A DNA stretch of 64,000 nt from positions 434,001-498,000 of the forward strand of contig MU004200.1 in assembly GCA_010093605.1 (NCBI GenBank), given 5' to 3'. The translations under genes and the position numbers were made by a program. Below are positions 1 to 11,664 of this stretch, one piece after another (position 1 is the first letter of the stretch; each line of letters starts with the position of its first letter). This DNA comes from Lophium mytilinum (Eukaryota). The notes beneath the pieces are model-generated. The model did no database searches. It was not told where the DNA came from and was given only the letters and a program-made list of their open reading frames with translations.

Positions 1-18
1 GCCGTTGGCGACGACATC

Positions 19-203
19 GTAGAAACGGTCTGTCAGCTTCGTGGCCGATAGAAGGGCTGTATTGCTGTTGACGAGGTTGCGTGGAGAGGAGAAAGGCTCT
101 GGCCATGGGGCCTGCTACGTAGTCACGTGGGAGTTAGCGCAGGCCGGCAGAACCCCGGGCGCCTGAAGAACCCTCGTCCTAAAGACCACGTGACCATCAT
201 GCA
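19..203 (+). repeat. Dispersed repeat module, direct copy of 10641-10843
   Basis: GTAGAAACGGTCTGTCAG...GACGAGGTTGCGTGGAGAGGAGAAAGGCTC...CTACGTAGTCACGTGG...AAAGACCACGTGACCATCATGCA aligns with substitutions and small indels to 10641-10843. Confidence 0.9.
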
Positions 204-620
204 ACATACCGTACCACACACCTCGGTACGCCAATTCGTGAGCCCCGCGTACAACAATAAACAAAGGTAGTTCGCAGCACAACCACTCAATCGAATTCGA
301 GAAAAGCCTGGAAGCGAAAGACAAGTGTTATTCTAGCCCACTTTTAGGCCTTTTCTTGCTTCTATGTCGTGGTCGTGGGGTTTTGCAGAGTATAATGCAT
401 ATGTTGTTGCTTGATGTTCTACCTGGCCCGTGCCTAGGTTTGGGCTCACGAATTGACGTACCGAGGTGCCACAAGCGGATTCTCGCCACCTGCCTCATCG
501 AGTTAGGCTTAGGGCATGGACTACGTTATCAACGACCTTCCGATGTCGGCGTGCTTTATCAGCGAGTTCTTGCAATAACAACGCGCAATCGTTTCAGCTT
601 CCGCAACACTTCTGCCCAAC

Positions 621-2403
621 ATGTGGAACAAGGGGACAGTTTTGCCTTCTCAGGCCTCAGCACGACCGCAGCGTTCCACCTCTATGGTACCTCGGGTGGC
701 CTTCGCCGCCACTGCTACCATCATATGGCTGTGTCTGCATTTCTTCTACTCCACCACATCATCGGTTCCATGGAGTTTGAGTCGTGAATCACTCTCGAAA
801 CCGCAATGCGCCCAAGTCCTTCCCATGTTCCCTCGCGATGGCAGCAAAGACCTCTTGGCCATGGACGATTTCCTCCTAAGCGCCAAATTTCGCAATGAAT
901 CTATCAGCAGATTGGCTGGATCTGTCAAAATACCCACAATGTCTTTTGATGATTTGGGGCCAATTGGCGAAGACAAGAGATGGGAGGTGTTCTATGATTT
1001 TGAGGCTTACCTCAAAGGTGCATTTCCGCTACTTCACGAGAGCTTAACTCTCGAGAAGGTCAACACACATGGCCTCCTTTACACGTGGAAAGGCTCCGAC
1101 AGTACTCTCAAGCCCACCTTGTTGATGGCTCATCAAGACGTCGTACCGGTTCCCGAATCCACAATTCCTCAATGGACGCATCCGCCTTTTTCCGGATTCT
1201 ACGATGGGAAGTACGTGTGGGGCAGGGGGGCATCAGATTGCAAGAATCAGCTTATAGGAATTATGGAAGCAGTCGAGCTCTTGATAGAAGCAGGGTTTGA
1301 GCCAATGCGGACAGTCATCCTGTCCTTTGGATTTGACGAAGAAGCTTCGGGCACGCAAGGTGCCGGATATCTTGCGCCGTACTTGTTTAGCAAGTATGGT
1401 CACGACGCTATAGCAGTTGCTGTCGATGAAGGAGCAGGGGTGGGATCTATTTGGGGCACAAATTTCGCCCTGCCCGGTGTGGCAGAGAAGGGATATATTG
1501 ATGTTGATGTCGTCCTGCGGATGCCAGGCGGGCATAGTTCAATTCCACCTCCTCACAACGGGATCGGCGTCATGAGCGAGCTGATCACACTTATCGAAGC
1601 AAACACGTACGAGCCACATCTCTACAGCGATAATCCCTATCTCAGCTTGTTGCACTGTGGCGCCGAACACAGTCCAGAATTCCCCCCAAAGTTAAGGAAG
1701 CTCTTGTCAAAACGTTCCGACGGGTAAGTTTGACAATGCAGAACTCTAATAGCCCGTTTCTAATCCAAGATCCAGGTCTAAGTCCTGCTCGGAAAAAGAC
1801 CATCTAGCTCTAGAAGCCTCAAAAGCCGGCAGGCCGATTAAGTATTTGATGACGACGTCGGTCGCGGTAGACGTGATTCAAGGTGGTGTCAAAGTGAATG
1901 CTTTGCCAGAACGCACATCAGCCACGGTCAACCATCGGATCAACGTTGGTGAACATCCCTCTGACGTCAAAGAAAAAGTCACTCGATTGGCTTCCAACAT
2001 TGCGCATAAGTACAATCTGACTTTGCATGCCTTTGAAGGAGAAGAAACGCCATCGTCTATTACTCTATTGGCGAGGAACACGACGCTAGAACCGGCTCCA
2101 GTGACTCCGACCGACATCAGGGAAGATACGCCGTACAAGATCTTGTCTGGGACCACGAGAGCATTATACGGCGACAACGTGTTGGTCGCGCCCGGTATCA
2201 TGACGGGAAACACTGATACGAGATACTATTGGGATCTGACTTCCCACATTTTCAGGTACGCGGTTGGATTCGACCCGGATGACGAGGCTGGGCTAGGGAA
2301 CATCCACACGGTCAATGAAAGAGCGTCGGTCAAGGCGCATATCGCGGCTGTCAGGTGGTTCAGCTTTTTCATCCGCAACATGGACGAGGCTAAGCTTGCT
2401 TGA
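621..2403 (+). CDS. CPS1: Gly-Xaa carboxypeptidase (M20A family, carboxypeptidase S-like), type II membrane anchor
   Basis: Motifs LMAHQDVVP, WGRGASDCK, FGFDEE, VDEG, GGHSS, GGVKVNALP and IHTVNE. One intron, 1724-1775 (GTAAGT...CTAAT...CAG), joins ORF 621-1727 in frame to ORF 1846-2403. The start could instead be the later ATG (MVPRV). Confidence 0.9.
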
Positions 2404-3192
2404 GGCGGGAGTCTACTTGGCTCGGAATGACAACCCTGGGCATGCACCATTTCTTTTCCGTTCCTTTGGACGATTGGCTCGTCGGCTGCTCGAATAGTAG
2501 CAAGCTCTAATCATGACGAAGCTCATCTGCGTGGATACCGAATTGCAACAGGACACCGAAAGCCGGAAGGATTCCACACGCTGGCATCAGGATCTGACGA
2601 GCTTCAGGTGGAGCCTACGTTTGTACGTACAGAACATGCAGCAGAAGTATAGACCTTCTCCAGGCGGCAGAGATCTGCTTGTGTGGGATGGTATTTTCTC
2701 GCTCTTACATAAAGCGGACCTAGGGCGCGACGTCACTGGCTCGCCAAATACGACTCTCCACCACGCCTTCCCACACCACCAAGGAACCGCTGCTTGGCAG
2801 TCGTTCCGCCGGTTCGCATATGTCACACGACTGCCGCCATGATTCTTCGCAAATTTTTCACAATATATCATCTCCAACTTCTTCCCGGCCTTCAGCTTGC
2901 AGTACTTTGCACCCCCGGCCGAAATCAGCACATCCAACACGCATCTTCGCAAAGCATCTCATCCGCTTGTTCTCGTGAATCAGGTGACTCGAACTCCGCT
3001 GGCAGTATCCCGCGCGACCTGTGAAGGACAAGACGATCGGAACCGCGAACAAACACCTAGCCAATTGCAATATTGTTCGACCTTGCGACAATCATCTCCA
3101 CGGCCTCGAACGCCCACAGCAATCTCCACCCACGCACCCACCGAGGCACCGCTCATTTGATAGCTCGCTGATACGACGACCCTCGCGCCGAA

Positions 3193-5161
3193 ATGCCGAC
3201 CTTGAACCCGTTCAAAAAACATGACGTCTCCGAGTTTCCCGGCGTCCTGATTCCAATGCAGCAAGCTCACCATCGTGCATCAATCGGGTCGAATGGATTA
3301 GAAAAGGCCGAGAGCAGCGACAGCACTGGTGACTATGTCGTTCGCGGACTGACCCTGGAGAGTCTTAGAGCTGAAGTCGAAGCGGATTTATCGACTGCGG
3401 GACTCAATTCAGCCTACGATCGTACGTCTCGCGACTCAACCGGCAGTCTTTCGCAATGATAGATAACTCCTTGGAAAAGTGTGGAACGACATCTAACGTT
3501 GACAGGCAAATCAAAGGTCATTAACAAAGCTATTCAGGACATTGGAATGGGTCGCTATCAATGGGAATTATTCGTTCTTTGCGGCTTTGGCTGGTTGGCT
3601 GATAAGTATGCTTTCCATTCCGCCCATGCGAAATATTACTAACTAGCTTATAGTCTCTGGCTGCAGGTATTTTGTCTGTTTGCAACGCGCTTGTTACCCA
3701 TACTTATCATTATATAATATAGGGCGTGGCACTGACCCTTCCTCAACTCGCTCTCGAGTTTGGAGTAAGTAGTAGTGAGATCAGGTATACGACTCTGGCC
3801 CTGTTCGTCGGCCTCTGCCTTGGTGCGAGCTTCTGGGGTATCGCTTCCGATATCATTGGTCGTCGTCTTGCTTTCAACACGACATTGTTTCTTGCCGGAG
3901 TGTTTGGATTGGCCGCCGGTGGGGGCCCTGACTGGGTTGGTACCGCTGCTCTTTTCGCGTGCCTAGGGCTAGGTGTCGGAGGCAACCTTCCCGTTGATGG
4001 GGCCCTGTTTCTGGAGTTCCTTCCCTTCGCTTCTGGCAATCTCCTCACATTGCTTTCTGTTTGGTGGCCGGTGGGCCAATTGATTGCATCCTTAAGTACG
4101 TATTCTGAAACCCCCGCTCCGTAGTCACGTTGCTGACATGGATTAAAGTTGCGTGGGGCTTAATCCCAAACTTTTCGTGCCCGGCTACGACACCATCTGG
4201 CGACGTCACTCCCACTTGCGCAGCTACTGGAGGAGCCCAGCCTTGTTGTTCCCGAGAAAGTAATTGGGGATGGCGATACTTTGTTCTGACTCTCGGAGCC
4301 CTAACCTTCCTCATGTTCATCTGTCGATTCTTTTTCTTTCACCTTTTCGAGTCTCCGAAGTTCCTCCTTTCCAGAGGCCGCCAAGCCGAGGCCGTCGCCG
4401 TGGTACATGGGATCGCACATCACAACAAGTCACAAACATGGCTTACCGAACACATTTTAAACGCCATCGGTGGAGACCCGGAAGTAGTCACCGATTTGAA
4501 ACTCAGCACTGTTGATATCGTCAAACGCTCTCTTAGCAAATTCTCTGCGCAAAGAATTGGCCCTCTTTTCAGCAGTAAAAGGCTAGGAATTACCACGGTC
4601 TTAATCTGGTTCCAATGGACGACCATCGGAATGGCCTACCCTCTCTTCAATGCGTTTTTGCCCCAATATCTGGCCAATTCAGGAGGCGATCAAGTTACTT
4701 CCACCGCAATCGTCTATCGCAACTACGCAATCGCGTCTATCGTCGGCGTTCCTGGCAGCATCATGGCGTGCTATACCGTCGACATCAAGCACATAGGCCG
4801 TAAAGGTACTATGGCTATCGCAACTGTGATCACAGGCATCTTCATCTTCCTTTTCACAGTTTCTAGCGATCCAGACTTCCAACTCGCTTTCACATGCCTC
4901 GAGTCTTTCTTCCAGAATATCATGTACGGCGTGCTATATGCGTACACCCCTGAGGTCTTCCCAGCACCAAACCGTGGGACCGGAACAGGGATATCAAGCT
5001 TCTTGAATCGCATCGCGGGCTTATGTGCTCCTCTTGTCGCTATCAATGCGGGAAGTTCGAATCCCAAAGCACCTATCTACGCATCTGGGGGTTTGTTCAT
5101 TGCAGCATTCATCAGTATGCTTCTGCTACCTATTGAGACAAGAGGCAAGCAGAGTTTGTAA
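3193..5161 (+). CDS. Major facilitator superfamily transporter (sugar-porter/SV2-like)
   Basis: Motifs IGMGRYQW, SDIIGRR (MFS motif A), GVGGNLPVD, ESPKFL, IGRKGT and YTPEVFPAPNRGTGTG. Predicted introns at about 3422-3505, 3606-3653, 3667-3723 and 4097-4148. Confidence 0.9.
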
Positions 5162-5900
5162 ATGGGGAATACAAGAGTGGCACGCCACTAAGACATAATT
5201 TTAGATGCACCGTTATGTCACCACTCCGATTTCACTCTTGTTCGCGTACCTAGAGCCAAGTAAGTACATGAACAAGGTAGCCTTTGGCATATCACGTGAA
5301 CGACCTTTGATTAGCTCAATGTCATTTTTAATATCAGAGTCAGCTTCAGCAAGTGACTCCCATAATCTCAAACATTTCGCCTGATGGATTGGAAATATCC
5401 TACTGATCTACTAGTCCTCATCGTCGTTCTTGTCATTGTGCTCTTTCATTCCTCGGAAGATTTCCCTCGCATTCTCCTTCTTCCTTCCACGGCTCGATCT
5501 GGGCCAAATATTACATCTTTTAGAGACCCCTCAACAGTTTCTTTCAGTGCTCTGTACTTCGAGACTTCCTGCGCGAGTCATGCTTCGCTTGAGATATTTG
5601 TCGGGAGCTGCACAGGCCACTCTCTCCCACTCCTACATCAGCATCATCATCATCATCATCATTCAACACATCACGTACATGGTCTACATCACCTTAGTTC
5701 GTGGTAGAAGCGTGATAGCTTGCTTGGCCTATTCAAACGGCTTTGGATTGCCAGGTTATGTGGAATGGGGCCTGGCCTCACTCCTCACTTCGGGCTTAGC
5801 GCGTCACTAGCGTGGCTTGGCATGTTATGGTTCTTAAGCTTTCTCTCGACCTGCTTCCTTCAAATACTCGTCACCCCACTCTTCACTCATCATCTCAACC

Positions 5901-7148
5901 ATGAAGAGCGAGACTAAGCCAGAAGCTGCAGCTTCTGCAGCCACGAAGAGCGACATCGAGACCGATATCAAACCAGAACCTGAAGTCTCTGGCTCCGAAG
6001 CAATGCCACCAAAATCGAACCCGTCGGAACAGGAGAACGGCAAGGGAAAGAAAAAGAAGAACGGAAAGGGCAAGGAGAAGGCGACCACAGAGAGCGCCAT
6101 GGAGGACGAGACCAAGCCAGAACCTGCAGTGTCTGCAGCCACAGAGAGCACCCTGGAGGACGTCGAGCGCTTCAGTACAGCTAGCGAACCCGTGCCGACA
6201 CTCGACTTCTTTCGTGAGGGCGACAACATCCGCAAGCGCTTCCAGTCCTTTCCAAAGCTTGAGGGCCGTGGTGGTATGTTCATTCTCTCACTCCTGATCC
6301 CTGTGCCAGTCATTGCTAACAAACTGGGACTAGTGGATACGCCGGGACCTAGACGTAAGCTCTGCACGCCAAAGTTCCAGAAGACGCTGCTCAATGGGCT
6401 GGCAGAGATTCTCAGCTACTACCAGCTCCCTTCGGAGAAGTTCAGCTTTAAGGATCGCAACAATCTTCTGGCGATCTCGATTGTCACCATCCGCGAGACT
6501 AAGCGAATCAAGAACTGCGACGCACTCTGGGTCTTGCCCAGCCACCAGAAAATCTTCTGCGACGCTGCCGTGCCAATCTACAAACAGCTTTGCATCATGT
6601 CGTTGGCATGGACCCGGAATACAGACTTCTACCCCCCCAAGGAACTCTTCCAACGAAAAGATTGGAAACAGTATCTCGCATCTGAGGAACCTCGCTCCCA
6701 GTCCAGTTCCTATGCGCAGACTCTTCCCGCTGCTGCCATAGCCATCCGCAATCAATGGCTGGCAGCCTTCGAGGGCGTGGCGGCGCAGTCAACAAGAATC
6801 AAGCCAGGCGACTCCGAGAGCACCCGCGAGTGGAAGAATAAGCTTCGTGAATCCTATGAGGATGCTCTCCCAGATTACGACGAAGGGTACCTGAAAACGT
6901 CGCTTCAAGGAACAGAAGTGAGAGAAGTGGAGTCATTCGACGACACGAAGAGCTCCGGAAGTAGCGGCTATCGATCATTGTATCATCTGAACCAACTAGC
7001 CAACAAGTACAACCCGGGACTCGAAAATGTGGATTTTGGTCCGGAAGACGGTGAGGATAAGAGAACTATAGACTTGGTCACCTGGCCGAAAGCTCCGGTC
7101 CCTGGTGACGACGATCTGGGCGGATTCAAGGGTGGTGACCCCAAGTAG
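5901..7148 (+). CDS. Hypothetical protein with charged low-complexity N-terminus and KKKK basic patch
   Basis: 415-codon ORF with a good start context (CAACCATGA). A 60-nt in-frame intron-like segment lies at 6274-6333 (GTATGT...GCTAAC...TAG). ETKPE(P/A)A(A/V)SAAT is internally duplicated. No family recognised. Confidence 0.6.
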   Translation: MKSETKPEAAASAATKSDIETDIKPEPEVSGSEAMPPKSNPSEQENGKGKKKKNGKGKEKATTESAMEDETKPEPAVSAATESTLEDVERFSTASEPVPTLDFFREGDNIRKRFQSFPKLEGRGGMFILSLLIPVPVIANKLGLVDTPGPRRKLCTPKFQKTLLNGLAEILSYYQLPSEKFSFKDRNNLLAISIVTIRETKRIKNCDALWVLPSHQKIFCDAAVPIYKQLCIMSLAWTRNTDFYPPKELFQRKDWKQYLASEEPRSQSSSYAQTLPAAAIAIRNQWLAAFEGVAAQSTRIKPGDSESTREWKNKLRESYEDALPDYDEGYLKTSLQGTEVREVESFDDTKSSGSSGYRSLYHLNQLANKYNPGLENVDFGPEDGEDKRTIDLVTWPKAPVPGDDDLGGFKGGDPK

Positions 7149-7351
7149 TTCAGGTTACATACTTCTCAGCAGCGGCTCTGCCAGGACAGACCCCAATTCA
7201 AAGGCCCCCAGGATGGAACGGGGGATGGGTTCTATGATTCTAACAATGAAGAGATCTGAAGTCCCACATGTCTTTACTTTGCCGTGACCTTTTGAACTCG
7301 GGACCGTACTAGGCCAGAAGTCTAGGTATACGGATATCATTACTACTTGGC

Positions 7352-7820
7352 TCCAGTGTTGCTTACTCGTTACCACTGTAGGGGATAGCCTAGCTACTGA
7401 GCAGCTAATGAAGCAAGAGGCAGTCTAACATACACCACACAAAATTAACATCGCTCTTAGATCTTCGAAATCCTGGGCACACGAATAACACCACTACTTC
7501 ACTCCAATGTTGCTTACTTAACACCACTGTAGGGGGTAGCCTGGCTGCTGCTTCGACCAGTATATCTTGCGCGCTCCTCAAGTTCCTGACCCGGACACTG
7601 CCCGTGCTACCTTGCCCGCGCCGCTCCCGCCGCCTCCGATCCCGAGATATAAGCCTAGGAAGGCCTTGAACGCTTAGATTACATCGCGAATCGAAGTAAG
7701 TTTCCTCGCCGCTCCCGCCGCCTCCAATCTCTGTTACTATTTAGTTCCAATGTTAATCACTCAACACCACTGTAGAGAGTAGCCTAGTAACCTTGCAGCT
7801 AGTAGGTTAATGAGCAGTCT
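7352..7820 (+). repeat. Three degenerate copies of a ~50-bp motif (CTCCARTGTTGCTTACT..CACCACTGTAGGGG.TAGCCT); a further copy near 11130
   Basis: Copies start near 7352, 7502 and 7746, with a related copy at about 11130. They lie upstream of the MIAQQF ORF remnants. Confidence 0.75.
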
Positions 7821-7992
7821 GATTTGCATTGCTTGGAACTTAGTATGGCGCCTAGACTTCCGAAAAGTATAGGGGGCTTTACTCGTCTATCGTCGCTCGC
7901 TGGACTGTAGCTAGCTGTTCTTTATGCTTCCGCCTTCCTAATTCACACTCTTGCCTCAATTTCCCTTGCCTAATTACTCTCCATTGCTCCAA

Positions 7993-8360
7993 ATGGCGTC
8001 CACTATTACTCACGACTCTGTCGACGGCCGGCCAACATGATCGCCCAGCAGTTCCTCACGAATGGGATGGACTCCGTCGCCTACCTTGGAGTTGACAGCC
8101 TGTCAACGGCCCGGCCAACTTGATCGCCCAGCAATTCCTTACCAATGGAATGGATCCGTCGCTACCTTGGAGTTGTCAACCCGCCCAGCAATTCCTCACC
8201 AATTGGATGGAACCCGTCGCTTACCTTAGAGTTGTCAACCCAACCATGTTTAACTTGGCTCCCCACCGGATGATCATTGCTCAGGTTGAGCAGATCTTCA
8301 ATTGTGCTGTCAAGTCAGAGTTCAAGAGTGAAGGCTACTGGAGCTTCCAGCTCTCCGCCT
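7993..8360 (+). pseudogene. Decayed copy of unrecognised small ORF family (MAST..MIAQQF.TNGM..AYL..NPTMF..HRMIIAQVEQIFN..WSFQLSA)
   Basis: Frameshifted and internally duplicated segments at 7993-8360. Homologous to 11395-11859, 12422-12520 and the minus-strand fragment 12750-12860. Confidence 0.6.
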
Positions 8361-8742
8361 CCAGTGGATTGGACGCACCAATCGGCTGGCCATTGCTCAG
8401 GCTGAGCAGATCTTCAACTGTGCTGTCAAGTCAGAGTTCAAGAGTGAAGGCTACTGGAGCTTCCAGCTCTCCGCCTCCAGTGGATTGGACGCACCAATCG
8501 GCTGGCCATTGCTCAGGCTGAGCAGATCTTCAACTGTGCTGTCAAGTCAGAGTTCAAGAGTGAAGGCTACTGGAGCTTCCAGCTCTCCACCTCCAGTGGA
8601 TTGGACGCACCAATCGGCTGGCCATTGCTCAGGCTGAGCAGATCTTCAACTGTGCTGTCAAGTCAGAGTTCAAGAGTGAAGGCTACTGGAGCTTCCAGCT
8701 CTCCGCCTCCAGTGGATTGGACGCACCAATCGGCTGGCCATT
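8275..8742 (+). repeat. Tandem repeat, 116-bp unit x4
   Basis: The unit CATTGCTCAGGCTGAGCAGATCTTCAACTG...GCACCAATCGGCTGGC starts at 8275, 8391, 8507 and 8623, with a final CATT at 8739. The copies are nearly identical. Confidence 0.97.
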
Positions 8743-9001
8743 TCGCTCTGAGATACGAGCCTTCGCCAGCGCTTCGGACAACTCGACTGGATTGATCTTG
8801 GCGGTAGCAGACTTGAAGGTGCCGCGATGGAGGGGTGGAGCGAGATGACGAGAAGATGCCGTGATGGAGGGGTTGAGCGAAATGGTAAATTCCGCGTCGT
8901 CGCTTAAGGAAGGAAGCTAGCTACAACGGAAGGGTAGATGTCATTTTGGTTACCCCTTAAGACTTGATTGCGGGCAGAATTGCCATGAAGTCTAAAAATT
9001 A

Positions 9002-9620
9002 GGCCAATGCTACATGTACAAACCCTTTTTGCTGCTTGTACGAGGCCCTTTTGCTGCACGTACGCCCCTCTGGCAGACCTTTCACCGCCTTTTGATTGGC
9101 TCGGAGGGCCTGAAGGAAGCTCCGGCTATTGACTTGTATGCACGTGTACCCTTCCTATTTGTATAGCTACGTGCTTACCTGCCTAGGAGAATGCCCAAAC
9201 CGTTAATTTCGCACCTAATAGCGGCCCGCTCTCCATCGTCGCTAGCCTATAAGCACCTACGTAGAGTTCTTATTAACAAGATCCTCCGCATACTTCACCA
9301 GCGGCCTTACGAGCTGTCTTACGAAGCTGCGGCAGGCCTGTCGACTGCGCTGTACTTCCTGCGATAGGCTGTAGACCTTGTACCTACGCTTCTAGTAGCG
9401 CGATCTTTCGCTCGAGGTCTGCCTTTGTATTCGCACGTCTGTTCTTGATAGGGCCGCCTGGTGTGAAGTGTTGAGGTGAACTCTCCATGCTTCGGAGGAG
9501 TTGACCCTTTGAGTGAGCTAATCAAAAGGCGGTGATAGGTCTGCCAGAGGGGGAGGCCGTACGTGCAGCAAAAGGACCTCGTCCAAGCAGCAAAAAGGGG
9601 TCGTACATGTAGCACTAGCC
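9002..9620. mobile_element. Foldback/MITE-like element with ~100-bp imperfect terminal inverted repeats
   Basis: 9002-9102 (GGCCAATGCTACATGTACAAACCCTTTTTGCTGCTTG...GATTGGCTC) is the reverse complement of 9515-9620, with a few mismatches and one short indel. No convincing TSD or ORF. Confidence 0.65.
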
Positions 9621-9899
9621 GCTTTAAAATTCTAAAGACAATATAAAGGATAATAGGGGATATTGGCCTGCCTTTTAGCCTCGCTAATACGTGCTAGCTA
9701 GGGTGCTCCTTATAGTAGTGTTAAGCGAGCAAGAAGGGAGCCGGAGCAGTTCTATATCTGTGTGTCCACATCTTAAGGCTGCGTAATTCAGCCACGCAGG
9801 CTTTAAAAGCTCTGAAGGCAATATGAAGGATTATAGAGGAAATGTTAGACGGCCTCTCTCATAAAAGCGTTCGGCTGTCGAGGCTTAGCCGCGGGCGAC

Positions 9900-10630
9900 G
9901 ACATCAAAGAACATGTTCCAGACAGCGAGGTGGCTCATTGGGGTGGCTTATTGAGGTGGCTCATTGTTGGGAGAGAACACAAGAACTTTGGTGGATGAAG
10001 CGGTCGGCTGTCGAGACTTGGCCGCTGGCGACGACATCGAAGAACATGTTCCAGACGCGGAGGTGGCTCATTGTCGCGAGGAAGTTCGGTGGATGTATTG
10101 GCGTGAAAAGAGGACCTGCTCAAGCTTGTCGGACGACAGTCCGATAAACCACTTCTAGAAGCGGTCGGGCTGTCGAAACTTGGCCGCTGGCGACGATATC
10201 GAAGAACATGTTCCAGACGCGGAGGTGGCTCATTGTCGCGAGGAACATGTTCCAGACGAGGAGGTAGCTCATTGTCGCAAAGAACATGTTCCAGACGCGG
10301 AGGTGGCTCATTGTCGCGAAGAACTTGTTCCAGACGCGGAGGTGGCTCATTGTCGCGAAGAACTTGTTCCAGACGCGGAGGTGGCTCATTGTCGCGAGGA
10401 ACATGTTCCAGACGCGGAGGTGGCTCGTTGTCGCAAGGAACATGTTCCAGACGCGGAGGTGGCTCATTGTCTCGAGGAACATGTTCCAGAGAGCGAGGTG
10501 GCTCATTGTTGCGAGAGAACAAAGGAACTTCGGTGGATGAACCGGTCGGCTGTCGAGACTTGGCCGCGGGCGATATTCTATCGAAGAACAAGCTCCAGAC
10601 AGTGAGGTGGCTCATTGTTGCGAGAGAACA
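9900..10630 (+). repeat. 39-bp minisatellite (8 tandem copies 10204-10515) within a larger ~130-160-bp repeated module
   Basis: GAACATGTTCCAGACGCGGAGGTGGCTCATTGTCGCGAG starts at 10204, 10243, 10282, 10321, 10360, 10399, 10438 and 10477. Dispersed copies lie near 9909, 10042 and 10586. Confidence 0.97.
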
Positions 10631-10640
10631 AAGGAACTTT

Positions 10641-10843
10641 GTAGAAACGGTCTGTCAGGTTCGTGGCCGAGAGAAGGGTTGTATTGCTGTTGACGAGGTT
10701 GCGTGGAGAGGAGAAAGGCTCCGGACACGGGCCTACTACGTAGTCACGTGGTAGTTAAGCGAAGGCCGGTAGAGCCCCGGCCGCCGGCAGAACGTCGGGC
10801 GCCGGAAGAGCCCTCGGCGCAAAGACCACGTCACCATGATGCA
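10641..10843 (+). repeat. Dispersed repeat module, direct copy of 19-203
   Basis: Aligns to 19-203, as described for that feature. Confidence 0.9.
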
Positions 10844-10907
10844 CGTGATGACCGCTGGCCTCGATGACTACCAAGAGAATGCTGAGGAACAACGTGACAC
10901 GGTCTTT

Positions 10908-11001
10908 GGTGAATCACTCATAGAAAGGGTCTGTGTTGAATTACTCAGAGAACCGCTCTGCGGTGAACCATTCATCGAATGATAATCCCGTGAACCATTC
11001 T
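10908..11001. repeat. Module inverted relative to 13178-13270
   Basis: Its reverse complement (GAATGGTTCACGGGATTATCATTCGATGAATGGTTCACCGCAG...TTCAACACAGACCCTTTCTATGAGTGATTCACC) matches 13178-13270. Confidence 0.8.
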
Positions 11002-11206
11002 TACCTTCTAGCGTAGACGCTATGTGGAGGGGAGGGGTGGTGGGCGATCAGTCGGTAAATAGAAATCTCCGGGTTTTTAAGAATACTTTGCCATAACCTT
11101 TAAAGTTATAAGTCTAGGCACACGAATACTCCAGTGTTGTTTACTGGACACTATTGTCGGGGCTGGGTAGGTAATTCTAAATTAACTACGTGACTATATA
11201 ACACTC

Positions 11207-11315
11207 TCCTTCTTCTACTTTCCTTCTTCTACTTTCCTTCTTCTACTTTCCTTCTTCTACTTTCCTTCTTCTACTTTCCTTCTTCTACTTTCCTTCTTCT
11301 ACTTTCCTTCTTCTA
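11207..11315 (+). repeat. 14-bp pyrimidine-rich tandem repeat (TCCTTCTTCTACTT) about x8
   Basis: Perfect tandem units visible directly in the sequence. Confidence 0.95.
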
Positions 11316-11493
11316 ACTTTCTACTTCTACCCTCCTAGATCTTTACTTATCCACCGTCGCTTACTAGATGGACCTAGTTGAGGAGAAGGTTAGTATGATT
11401 GCGCAGCAATTCATTGCTAATGGATTAGACTCTAATCCAACTATGTTTGACTAAGAGACCCATCGCATGGTTATTGCTCGCGTCGAGTAGATG

Positions 11494-11637
11494 TGTGACG
11501 GAATAAGGAGCTGTAGGCTGTGTACATAATATATTGGATGATGAATAATATAGGGGAGAGAGAGGTCCAGAGGAAGGTGAGGCTCTATATACAAGGTAAG
11601 GCATGTCTGTCGTAGCCCCTGCCGCTACTCCTTGATA
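11494..11637 (-). mobile_element. Solo LTR-like element (degenerate, inverted copy of 11665-11804)
   Basis: Begins TGTGACGGAA and is the reverse complement of 11665-11804, differing largely by transitions. The flanks AGATG / GAATG form an imperfect 5-bp TSD. Confidence 0.7.
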
Positions 11638-11664
11638 GAATGTTCAACTCTGGGGTTATGTCAG

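Noticed and set aside
5636..5662. His-rich ORFs from (CAT)n
   Set aside because: A simple microsatellite in intergenic or UTR sequence.
9900..10630. CRISPR-like array
   Set aside because: The units are contiguous with no unique spacers, there are no cas genes, and the context is eukaryotic. It is a minisatellite.
9935..10754. Overlapping repetitive ORFs of 84-226 aa
   Set aside because: They are a by-product of a stop-poor 39-bp unit that is open in several frames, with no gene-like context.
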